DNA from: an uncultured bacterium | GTDB taxonomy: Bacteria > Fidelibacterota > Marinisomatia > Marinisomatales > TCS56 | NCBI GenBank assembly: GCA_964539785.1 | Contig: CAZIJQ010000042.1 | Location: forward strand, 1 to 20,866 | Direction of reading: 5' to 3' | Length of the DNA: 20,866 nt | Shown: positions 1 through 7,390 of the stretch, one piece after another | Layout of the letters: every line of letters begins with the position of its first letter | Numbering within the stretch: the first letter of the stretch is position 1 | Notes under the pieces: model-generated | The model's database searches: none | What the model was told of the DNA's origin: nothing | What the model saw: the letters and a program-made list of their open reading frames with translations, nothing else | Program-made: the position numbers and the translations under genes

Positions 1-12
1 GGAAGTACTTCC

Positions 13-2112
13 TTATTTCAACAATACCATTTTACCGGTTTTCTGAAAATTACCCGCCTGCAGACGATAAAAATAGACACCGCTGGTTACTGCATTACCC
101 GTGGCGTCAGTGGCATCCCAGATAATGGAATGAGTGCCGGCGTGCTGATCTTTACTTACTAGATTGTTAACCATTCGGCCATGCAAATTAAATATTGAAA
201 GATTCACATTTGCGTTGACCGGTAGATCGTATTTGATTGTTGTAGTAGGATTGAATGGGTTGGGATAATTGGGGTGCAAGGCAAATTCTACCGGAATAAT
301 ACAGCAGATATCAGAATCAACCGCCACTGTTGATTCATAGACCGGGAATGTCAGCTCCGTTGACCAGGGTACGCTGATGTCATCTGCTATTGTCATCGTC
401 AGCTCCGCCTGCTGACTGATGGGATAATCCGGAAACACAGCAAATGCCAGTGCGGCCATTACAGTGAGCTCCTCTTCCGGATCAAGTGAAATCAGAGAAT
501 GACTGCTGTCCAGCAGGGTAATATATGGATCATCCGAACTTAATGTTATTGTGACCGGGTTAGATAGAAGTGAGCCCGAGTTTGTCAGGGAAATATCCAA
601 TTCGACCTGTTCACCCTGATTGATCAGATTATTCGAATTACCCTGGCTTAAGCCATTGGAATCATCATCAATTCCAGCTCCGATCAGATTTACCATAACC
701 AATGGATCCAGACCGATTTCGATATTGGTCCAGACTGAATCGACAACGACATTTGTCAGCGTATCGCCACTGTATCCGTCAGCTTGAATCTCGAGCGTAA
801 AACTGCCCTGGGAGGTGAAGCGGTTAAAGCGACCAAATTCTGCTTCTGTCAATCTGGGGCTCATCCCAGGATCCCAGTATTCAACGATTTTCACTTGGGC
901 AACAATTGGTGTATCATCCAAATTTGAGGTGACGTGTCCGCGAATGCCAGGTCCTTCAAAACTGCGCTCCAGGACGTACATGGCACCCCCCAAATTATCG
1001 GCTGCCACCTGCTGGGCTGTAGTAAACTCCGGTACAAATTCAACCCCGGTCTCAACCAGCATTTCGAACACTCCGGCTTTCTCATAAGCCCAGTAATAAC
1101 TCATGGGCGCTTCTTCCCAACTGGCACCCGTGGTATAAGTACCCGTACCATCCTGTTGTGGCAAGCGCACTGCCATCTGCTGGGCAAAATCGTCGATCAG
1201 AGCAGTTTCGCTGGTGGTGTGGCCATTGATGCCACTTTTATAATAAATAATTTCACCATAGGAATGGTAAGTGATCCCGGCAATGGGGCGCAGGTATTCG
1301 ATTAACTGTTTTTTGGCGACCACTTCAGATTCGGAGAATCGATAAGGGCCCTTATATACCCAACTGTATGGAAGAGAAGATCCGGAAGTTGAAGTTTCCC
1401 AGGCTGAATCATAATTGCGATTCAAATCCACTCCATCATAGTCGAAATCAAAATCACCATTTTCGTTGTTATCACGTTGATTTTTTCTCCACCAGGGAGA
1501 ATCGGCGGTTTCTTCGATAAAATATTTATATCCGTCAGGATTCAAAATCGGCACTATCCAAATTTCCAGTTCATTCACCAATCGCGCCACATTTGTATCA
1601 AGAATAAAATTGTTCAGCAGATTTTCCATTAACACCAGACAACTCATCATTCCCATGGGTTCCCGGGCATGGTGCACCCCATCTATCCAGACCACTGTTT
1701 CATCTTCCCTTTCTGTCGGATTATCTGAAATTTTCATTCCGTATATGGGATAATGATAATTAGTACTTACACCAATCTGCACAACTTCAGTTATTTCCGG
1801 GAAATATGAATGATAAGCATTCATTGCGAGGTTTACCTCTTCGTAGCTCTGGTAATCTGGAACATACCGGTTTGAAAGCTGTCGGATCACCTGATGTTGT
1901 ACTCCGGATTGCACTAGTTTATCAATAGTAGCCTGATCAGCGACTATCTCGACCCGGTCTCCCAAACCTTCATTCACTGCATCCAGGTTAAGATCATTGA
2001 TTAAAGTATGGGTACTGCGAGCGTCCGCCATAATTTCAACAATATAATAATCGGCGGCTACAACCAACTGGATCAACAGTAAAAACACAATTATTTTCGT
2101 GAATGTCTTCAA
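13..2112 (-). CDS. Secreted M14-family zinc carboxypeptidase with C-terminal T9SS (Por) sorting domain
   Basis: 699-aa ORF. N-terminal signal peptide (MKTFTKIIVFLLLIQLVVA). M14 zinc-binding signature HxxE in WIDGVHHAREPMG, with downstream YHSYG. The last ~80 aa (PNPFNPTTTIKYDLP...GVYFYRLQAGNFQKTGKMVLLK) match the type IX secretion C-terminal domain pattern. Confidence 0.85.
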   Translation of the reverse strand: MKTFTKIIVFLLLIQLVVAADYYIVEIMADARSTHTLINDLNLDAVNEGLGDRVEIVADQATIDKLVQSGVQHQVIRQLSNRYVPDYQSYEEVNLAMNAYHSYFPEITEVVQIGVSTNYHYPIYGMKISDNPTEREDETVVWIDGVHHAREPMGMMSCLVLMENLLNNFILDTNVARLVNELEIWIVPILNPDGYKYFIEETADSPWWRKNQRDNNENGDFDFDYDGVDLNRNYDSAWETSTSGSSLPYSWVYKGPYRFSESEVVAKKQLIEYLRPIAGITYHSYGEIIYYKSGINGHTTSETALIDDFAQQMAVRLPQQDGTGTYTTGASWEEAPMSYYWAYEKAGVFEMLVETGVEFVPEFTTAQQVAADNLGGAMYVLERSFEGPGIRGHVTSNLDDTPIVAQVKIVEYWDPGMSPRLTEAEFGRFNRFTSQGSFTLEIQADGYSGDTLTNVVVDSVWTNIEIGLDPLVMVNLIGAGIDDDSNGLSQGNSNNLINQGEQVELDISLTNSGSLLSNPVTITLSSDDPYITLLDSSHSLISLDPEEELTVMAALAFAVFPDYPISQQAELTMTIADDISVPWSTELTFPVYESTVAVDSDICCIIPVEFALHPNYPNPFNPTTTIKYDLPVNANVNLSIFNLHGRMVNNLVSKDQHAGTHSIIWDATDATGNAVTSGVYFYRLQAGNFQKTGKMVLLK

Positions 2113-2359
2113 AATAACCTCAAAATTTGGGGAATTAAATCAGCTTGTAATGTCGGTGCAATGGAATAATTTACACCTATAAAGAATTAATCCAATGTTG
2201 AAATCCATAAACGGTCATATTTCTGATATGGTAATATTTTTATCGATTAAAAATGGGCTGATCAATTTTGATATTTGCAAACACTTGGCAGTTTCGTCAA
2301 AAGGGGGGAACTCCCGGCGGTCAAATTATGTATATTCAGGTAACTATCGCGGGGAATTC

Positions 2360-2761
2360 ATGAAAAAGAAAATCCTTTTAACTATATTGCTCGTCCTTCT
2401 GGTTCTGATACCCGTTGCCCTGGCCGATAACCCACGATTCGATGATGTTACTGCCGATTCGCTCAACTACATCTCGATTGATTCACACAACCCGGGTGAG
2501 CCTGAAAACAAAACCATCAATGATTGTCAGCAGATCAAAACTGTTCTGAGATTTCTCCACGGCCTGGACTTGATCACGCTGGCAGTTTCCGATAGTACCT
2601 ATCCAAGTGACCGCAATATCTGGTTGTACCACATATCTCTGAATGATTATTTTGACAAAACCTACTTGTTCAAAAACCGGATATTTATCGGGAAATCCGT
2701 TTATGGCATCAAGCCGGAAACAGTAGTAGAATTCAGCAAGCTGTACAACGAACTAAAATAG
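2360..2761 (+). CDS. Hypothetical small secreted protein (133 aa)
   Basis: The ORF-track frame opens at 2195, but the in-frame ATG at 2360 gives a classical signal peptide (MKKKILLTILLVLLVLIPVALA/DNP). The upstream 55 codons have no coding features. No recognisable family. Confidence 0.5.
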   Translation: MKKKILLTILLVLLVLIPVALADNPRFDDVTADSLNYISIDSHNPGEPENKTINDCQQIKTVLRFLHGLDLITLAVSDSTYPSDRNIWLYHISLNDYFDKTYLFKNRIFIGKSVYGIKPETVVEFSKLYNELK

Positions 2762-2777
2762 ATTTAAAGGAGGAATC

Positions 2778-2885
2778 ATGGCCAAAGGTCGCGACAAACA
2801 AAAGGTTACTGAAAAGAAAAAAGCTGGCAAGAGTTTGAAGGAAAAACGCAAGGCAAAAAAGGAAAAGACAACCTATAAGGATTAG
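2778..2885 (+). CDS. Micro-ORF encoding a 35-aa Lys-rich basic peptide (MAKGRDKQKVTEKKKAGKSLKEKRKAKKEKTTYKD)
   Basis: Not in the ORF track because it is under 60 aa. AAGGAGG sits 5 nt upstream of the ATG (2768-2774). The ORF starts 17 nt after the stop of the preceding secreted-protein gene. Composition is extremely basic. Confidence 0.4.
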   Translation: MAKGRDKQKVTEKKKAGKSLKEKRKAKKEKTTYKD

Positions 2886-3008
2886 ATTGATACTATCTTA
2901 GATTTCTCTTCGCTATACTCGAGGGTAACCCTCACTCGATTGGCATTCTGTCGGAGTGTTTCACAGCTCATCGTATTGCTCCGACCTGTGATGCCTGTCC
3001 GATAATTC

Positions 3009-3033
3009 GGTTACATCCCAGAGCAGTGTAACC
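3009..3033 (-). terminator. Possible terminator hairpin at the 3' end of the BMC operon (weak U-tract)
   Basis: ggttaca-(11 nt)-tgtaacc is a 7-bp stem 13 nt downstream of the last BMC-P stop. Only GAAUUAUC follows on the minus strand. Confidence 0.3.
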
Positions 3034-3045
3034 AGCAAGTAGAAA

Positions 3046-3315
3046 TTATTTTAAAGCCACCTCATCCACCACCCCAACAATGATCGACCGGATTGGCCCC
3101 ATAGGGTCGTCCACTACCTGGCGGGCGGAATTGCCTTCGTCGATCACCAGCACCGTTTCACCAGCGCCGCTGTCGGTCCAATCTACCGCAATTAAATAAT
3201 CTCCGGTTGGTTTGCCGTTCAGTCCCAGTTTGTCTACCACCAGTAGCCGGCGGTTCTCATAAAATTTATGATTTATAGTAGAATGGATCGTTCCGCAGAC
3301 GCGCCCCAGAATCAT
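3046..3315 (-). CDS. BMC vertex protein (BMC-P, EutN/CcmL/PduN family)
   Basis: 89 aa with an MILGRVCGTIHST...GAGETVLVIDEGNSARQVV pattern typical of Pfam EutN_CcmL. 4-nt start/stop overlap with the upstream BMC-P gene. Confidence 0.85.
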   Translation of the reverse strand: MILGRVCGTIHSTINHKFYENRRLLVVDKLGLNGKPTGDYLIAVDWTDSGAGETVLVIDEGNSARQVVDDPMGPIRSIIVGVVDEVALK

Positions 3316-3596
3316 TGCTCCTCCCCATCGTAAAGCTGTACATCGTCAACGATGCCCACCACGGCATGATCCACCGGCACGAACCAGGGGTCCATGAGTA
3401 GAGCGGCCTCGCGGCTGCTTTCATAATACACCAGTTCGCCCGGTCCTGCCATGCGGGTGCTATCGGCAGCGATCACCGGTGATTTGACCGGCTGCTGGTA
3501 TTTATCCAGCGGTTGCATCACCAGCATGGGGACACCTTCCAGTCCGTCATAAACCACGGACGGGGTCAGTGTGCCGATAATTCGACCTAACTTCAT
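3312..3596 (-). CDS. BMC vertex protein (BMC-P, EutN/CcmL/PduN family)
   Basis: 94 aa, MKLGRIIGTLTPSVV...AGPGELVYYESSREAALL. 4-nt overlaps with both neighbouring genes, consistent with translational coupling. Confidence 0.85.
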   Translation of the reverse strand: MKLGRIIGTLTPSVVYDGLEGVPMLVMQPLDKYQQPVKSPVIAADSTRMAGPGELVYYESSREAALLMDPWFVPVDHAVVGIVDDVQLYDGEEQ

Positions 3597-4393
3597 TCGC
3601 CCTCCGATAGTTTATCAAGGTTGGCACGACCGAAATAAGTGGTAGCATCCACCTGGGCCGCCATCTCCGGATGCAGGTTGGGGATGATTGTCTCCCGCAG
3701 CCAATTCTCAGTGCTGGTACAGGCCTCTCGAGCAATTCGCACCGCCGCTTCCACTTCGTGCAGATCACCATTAAAAATCGTGAATGCCTTGCCACCGATA
3801 TCATCCGCCAGACGAATTTCAACAATATTGACTTCGGCTCCTTTAACGCCCGCATCGGCTGAACGAAGAGTAGCCGCCACGGTAAAGGTCTCACAAATAC
3901 CCAGTGCCCGCGGTTCACATTTGCGGCGCTGACCCAAGACAGAATCGTGAACCTGATCGTGAACCACCGGCAGGATTACCGAATCCACTACTTGAGTGCC
4001 TCCGACTTGCAATCCCTCAGCATAAGCCTCTTCCACAGCGCCGACGCTGCCGCCGATCAACACTAAATATTTACCGTTGTGCACCGTTCCCGATTTGATC
4101 ACTGCGATTGGCGCCCGCTTGATCATGGCATCGCCGCATAGAATACCAATAGTGACGCTGGAATACTCTATCAGGGCAATGGCCGGGTAGCGGGTGTCAG
4201 ATATCCTGGATCTGGGATCGGGAACTGTGGGCTGGGGATCAGGCTTTGAAGGTTGAGGCTCAATCTTTTCAACAAAATTTTCCAGTCCGTCGTCTTTAGC
4301 TGTTGGTTCTTCCAACACCATTGACTCAGAAGTCTTTTTCTGGGCCGCCTTTTGTCGTCGCAATTCTCCGGGGGTTGGTTTCTTTTCACTCAT
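3593..4393 (-). CDS. Tandem BMC-domain shell protein (BMC-T, PduT-like arrangement) with ~65-aa disordered K/P/E/Q-rich N-terminal extension
   Basis: Two canonical-order BMC domains (AIALIEYSSVTIGILCGDAMIKRAP... and ALGICETFTVAATLRSADAGVKGAEV...). They are preceded by MSEKKPTPGELRRQKAAQKK...PQPSKPDPQPTVPDP, a low-complexity segment. Confidence 0.8.
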   Translation of the reverse strand: MSEKKPTPGELRRQKAAQKKTSESMVLEEPTAKDDGLENFVEKIEPQPSKPDPQPTVPDPRSRISDTRYPAIALIEYSSVTIGILCGDAMIKRAPIAVIKSGTVHNGKYLVLIGGSVGAVEEAYAEGLQVGGTQVVDSVILPVVHDQVHDSVLGQRRKCEPRALGICETFTVAATLRSADAGVKGAEVNIVEIRLADDIGGKAFTIFNGDLHEVEAAVRIAREACTSTENWLRETIIPNLHPEMAAQVDATTYFGRANLDKLSEGE

Positions 4394-4420
4394 TACTAAT
4401 TACCCATTACTATTTACTAA

Positions 4421-5866
4421 TCAAACAATTCTGAAATGATCCACCAGAACGCAGCGCCGTTCCCGGGAAAAACTCAGGGGATTGGTGATGCCTTCGCCGG
4501 TGGGACTGGCAATCGAGAATGAACAGTAGCCTTCGCCTTCGTAACCCAGCCCAGCGAGAGATGGACCATTCTTGACAAAAACACTGCAGTTCATCACTCG
4601 CGCCATTCGACTCAGGTTATCCAGATTACGGGAATGCATCATGGCCGTGTGACCGAAACCGTGTTCCGCTTCCTTGGCCAGATCGATGGCCTGGTTGGCA
4701 TCAGGTACGATCACGAAGGGAATCACCGGCATCATCTGCTCGGTCCATACCAGGGGATGGTTGGCATCCACCGGTGCTATGGCCAGGCGGATGTGCTCAT
4801 CGACCTTAAGACCGATCTTCGCCAGAATTTCCTGAACGTTCTTCCCAATCATGTCCTTGTTCATAACCGCCGGTTGGCGGGGACCACGATTTTCGCTGAA
4901 AATCACCGATTCCAATTCCTTAACCTGGTGCTCTTTCAGCACATAGGCATCGTAGCGCAGCAAGGCCGATAAAAGTTGCGGGGCCACTGCTTCCACAACA
5001 ATAATTTCTTTTTCCAGGATGCAGATCAGGTTATTGTCCATGGAAGCACCCTTAACAATACTGCGGGCTGCCTTTTCAATATCGGCAGTCTCGTCCACCA
5101 CCACCGGGGGATTCCCCGGTCCGGCGCAGACGGCGCGCTTACCGCTGGTCATTGCGGCTTTCACCACCGCAGCGCCTCCAGTTACTACCAGCAGGCGCAC
5201 ACCGGGATGCTGCATCAATTCCTGGGCACTGGCGACGGTGGGTTGAGCGATGGTCGTTACCAGATTGGGTGGTCCGCCAGCGTCAACAATGGCGGCATTC
5301 AGCAATTCAACATTGTAAACCGAAACATTCTTGGCCGTGGGATGGACATTGAAAACTGCTGCATTCCCGGCTGCTACCATCCCAATTGTATTACAGATGA
5401 TAGTGGAAGTAGGGTTGGTGCAAGGCGTAATTGAACCGATCACCCCGTAGGGCGCCAACTCCATCAGCGTTAAACCATGATCACCGGTCTTGGCCCAAGG
5501 TTTGAGTATTTCGGTCCCCGGTGTTTTATCGATCACCAACCGGTTTTTTTCAATCTTGTCAGCTACCCGCCCCAGACCGGTTTCGTCATAGGCCCGTTGG
5601 GCCAGGTCTTCGCTGTGCTCGGTCATCACCCGTCGGATCGAGGCGATAATATCATCCCGCTTGGACAGAGACAGGGCATTTAACTGATCAAAGGCTTTAG
5701 CTGCCGCCGCCACTGCCAGATCGATGGTAGGGAAAATCCCCATTCCACCAGCGGCTACAGTGCTCCCGGATTGCTCCAGTACTCCCGATGCAACAGGTGT
5801 TTGGGTCACCCGCTTCACCAGCCGGGCGGCAATTTGCTCAACCTGTTCCTGGGTTAATTGTGCCAT
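4421..5866 (-). CDS. CoA-acylating aldehyde dehydrogenase (PduP/EutE family) with N-terminal encapsulation-peptide-like helix
   Basis: Aldehyde dehydrogenase fold with the catalytic Cys region NNLICILEKE. Preferred start is the ATG at 5866 (MAQLTQEQVEQIAARLVKRV...), which has AAAGGA 8 nt upstream. The ORF-track start at 5905 would lie inside a hairpin repeat. The N-terminal amphipathic helix plus G/S/T-rich linker is typical of BMC cargo. Confidence 0.85.
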   Translation of the reverse strand: MAQLTQEQVEQIAARLVKRVTQTPVASGVLEQSGSTVAAGGMGIFPTIDLAVAAAAKAFDQLNALSLSKRDDIIASIRRVMTEHSEDLAQRAYDETGLGRVADKIEKNRLVIDKTPGTEILKPWAKTGDHGLTLMELAPYGVIGSITPCTNPTSTIICNTIGMVAAGNAAVFNVHPTAKNVSVYNVELLNAAIVDAGGPPNLVTTIAQPTVASAQELMQHPGVRLLVVTGGAAVVKAAMTSGKRAVCAGPGNPPVVVDETADIEKAARSIVKGASMDNNLICILEKEIIVVEAVAPQLLSALLRYDAYVLKEHQVKELESVIFSENRGPRQPAVMNKDMIGKNVQEILAKIGLKVDEHIRLAIAPVDANHPLVWTEQMMPVIPFVIVPDANQAIDLAKEAEHGFGHTAMMHSRNLDNLSRMARVMNCSVFVKNGPSLAGLGYEGEGYCSFSIASPTGEGITNPLSFSRERRCVLVDHFRIV

Positions 5867-5913
5867 AATATGTCCTTTAGCCAGGGGATTAGTTACCGTG
5901 TACATCCAATCAT

Positions 5914-5981
5914 GTCACCCTGAGCCTGTCGAAGGGTGTCAACATGATTGATCAGCCATGCTTCGACGGGCTCAGCATGAC
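5914..5981. repeat. Inverted pair of 27-nt hairpin repeat units (REP/BIME-like) in the BMC-P/AldDH intergenic gap
   Basis: Unit A1 at 5914-5940 is gtcaccc-TGAGCCTGTCGAA-gggtgtc. Unit A2 at 5955-5981 has the opposite orientation (its reverse complement is gtcatgc-TGAGCCCGTCGAA-gcatggc). The 13-nt loop is conserved; the 7-bp stems differ but remain complementary. Confidence 0.75.
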
Positions 5982-5994
5982 AGACACGCGTCAA

Positions 5995-6294
5995 CTAATC
6001 GTTCACGCCTTTTTTGTAGCGGATTTTTCCGTCTACTTCCCAGTTGTCAACGATGGCCATAACCACAGCATCGCAGGGACGCTTGTCGGTCATTACCGTC
6101 TGCCGGGCGGAACTTCCGCTGGCATAGAGAACCATTTCACCCACTCCTGCCTGGACAGCATCAGCGGCGACAACAAAGCCGCCGCTGGGTTTACCATCCA
6201 TGTCAATATTCTGGAGCAGCAGAAATTTGAGGCCCTCCAAGCTCTGTTCTTTTTGTGTGGCTACCAGGGTACCCACTACTTGTGCCAGAACCAT
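5995..6294 (-). CDS. BMC vertex protein (BMC-P, EutN/CcmL/PduN family)
   Basis: 99 aa, [16 protein letters not shown]...[18 protein letters not shown]. Third BMC-P paralog in the locus. Confidence 0.85.
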   Translation of the reverse strand: MVLAQVVGTLVATQKEQSLEGLKFLLLQNIDMDGKPSGGFVVAADAVQAGVGEMVLYASGSSARQTVMTDKRPCDAVVMAIVDNWEVDGKIRYKKGVND

Positions 6295-6305
6295 ATTCCC
6301 GAGAC

Positions 6306-6614
6306 CTAATCCTCGGTCATTTTGGCTTTGGGCTTGTCACCGCGACCGATAGGCATTACCAGGTCCACATTACTGTGGGGACGGGCAATTACATGAACGG
6401 CAACGATTTCGCCTACGCGGGCGGCACCGGCTTTACCGGCATCGCAGGCAGCCTTTACAGCGGCCACATCACCGCGGACGATCGCTGAAACATAACCGCC
6501 ACCGGTCTTTTCATAAGATACTAGCTCGACTTTGGCCGCTTTGACCATGGCGTCGGCGGCTTCCACTACTGCCGGGAAACTGCGCGTTTCGATCATTCCA
6601 AGTGCTTCTGCCAT
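6306..6614 (-). CDS. BMC hexamer shell protein (BMC-H, PduA/EutM/CcmK-like)
   Basis: 102 aa. [56 protein letters not shown] is a near-consensus single BMC domain. It has a short Lys-rich C-terminal tail ([13 protein letters not shown]). Confidence 0.9.
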   Translation of the reverse strand: MAEALGMIETRSFPAVVEAADAMVKAAKVELVSYEKTGGGYVSAIVRGDVAAVKAACDAGKAGAARVGEIVAVHVIARPHSNVDLVMPIGRGDKPKAKMTED

Positions 6615-6667
6615 TTTACTTCCTCCAGTGTATTAAGAGTTAATTTGAAAATTCTTTTAAGATCAGT

Positions 6668-6722
6668 GTCATACTGAGCTTGTCGAAGTATGACCGTCAC
6701 CCTTCGACAGGCTCAGGGTAAC
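6668..6722. repeat. Inverted pair of the same 27-nt hairpin repeat units in the BMC-T/BMC-H intergenic gap
   Basis: B1 at 6668-6694 is gtcatac-TGAGCTTGTCGAA-gtatgac, a perfect 7-bp stem. B2 at 6696-6722 has the opposite orientation (reverse complement gttaccc-TGAGCCTGTCGAA-gggtgac). A gtatgac arm remnant lies at 6735-6741. Confidence 0.75.
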
Positions 6723-6746
6723 AGAAGGGCTCCAGTATGACACAAA

Positions 6747-7373
6747 TTATTTTTTATCTTTCTCAACCCCGGTGATTTCTTCAATGCATTTTACGGCGGC
6801 GCGCCAGCCTACATCAATATCCCTTTCGGCTCCGCCCAGATACACACGGCCGAAGCTGCCGAAAGTTCGTACTTCCAAAATATTGATTTCGGCAGCTTTT
6901 TCCGCTTCATTGGCCGCCAAGGCGGCATAAGCAGCGGGCTGGACCTCCATAACGAACATGGTTTCGCCGGGAACAATCATATTACCGTGGCGCATGCGGT
7001 TAATCAACTGGGTCTGGTGATCATCGATGTGGCGAATCACCTGCTGAGAATAAATTTTTGGCTTCCAACGCTTCTCCTCCTTCAAATCCAACGCATCCAG
7101 AATAGCCTGTCCAGCCTGGCGCACATCGGCCTGGGATTCGGAATGAATTTCCAGCATTCCGAACAACCGTTCCACGATCTGCATCCCTGGAGTAACATTA
7201 GTAGATTTCAAGGCGATGTCGGTGATCCGGTTGATTTCGATCCCTGGGGAAATTTCAACATACAATGAAGCCATCCCGGCGATTGGTAAAAAACCCTTAG
7301 CCACTGTGCCGAGAAAGGCGGCGTACTGGGGTTGAAGATTATCCAGAAAACAATAAGCGCGTAAATCGACCAC
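6747..7373 (-). CDS. Tandem BMC-domain shell protein (BMC-T, PduT-like)
   Basis: 208 aa. Two BMC-like halves: [24 protein letters not shown]... and [29 protein letters not shown].... Domain order appears canonical (non-permuted). Assignment rests on the motif pattern only. Confidence 0.7.
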   Translation of the reverse strand: MVDLRAYCFLDNLQPQYAAFLGTVAKGFLPIAGMASLYVEISPGIEINRITDIALKSTNVTPGMQIVERLFGMLEIHSESQADVRQAGQAILDALDLKEEKRWKPKIYSQQVIRHIDDHQTQLINRMRHGNMIVPGETMFVMEVQPAAYAALAANEAEKAAEINILEVRTFGSFGRVYLGGAERDIDVGWRAAVKCIEEITGVEKDKK

Positions 7374-7390
7374 TATTCTACTCCTTCAGC

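Noticed and set aside
815-1305. ORF-track ORFs 815-1087(+), 891-1085(-), 934-1305(+) inside the carboxypeptidase gene
   Set aside because: They overlap entirely, in other reading frames, with a 699-aa ORF that has clear M14 and T9SS motifs. They have no start signals or motifs, so they are read as spurious overlapping-frame ORFs.
2195-2359. Upstream 55 codons of the 188-aa ORF-track ORF
   Set aside because: The in-frame ATG at 2360 starts a textbook signal peptide. The upstream segment has no coding-like composition and would place the signal peptide internally.
3547-4098. ORFs 3547-3918(-), 3639-3932(+), 3671-3862(+), 3904-4098(+) and 4171-4389(-) overlapping the BMC-T/BMC-P genes
   Set aside because: Their translations are low-complexity, Arg/Pro-rich, and typical of out-of-frame GC-rich coding DNA. 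The overlapping frames carry unmistakable BMC domains.
5867-5905. Longer start (5905) for the aldehyde dehydrogenase
   Set aside because: That ATG lies inside hairpin repeat A1 and lacks an RBS. The start at 5866 has an SD-like AAAGGA and begins exactly at an encapsulation-peptide-like helix.
4634-5951. Six plus-strand ORFs antisense to the aldehyde dehydrogenase gene
   Set aside because: Antisense to a well-supported 481-aa enzyme ORF and His/Arg/Cys-rich in composition, with no motifs.
5914-6722. The hairpin repeats as a CRISPR array
   Set aside because: Only two adjacent units occur per site, and they are in inverted rather than direct orientation. There are no regular spacers and no cas genes. 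The structure fits REP/BIME-like elements instead.
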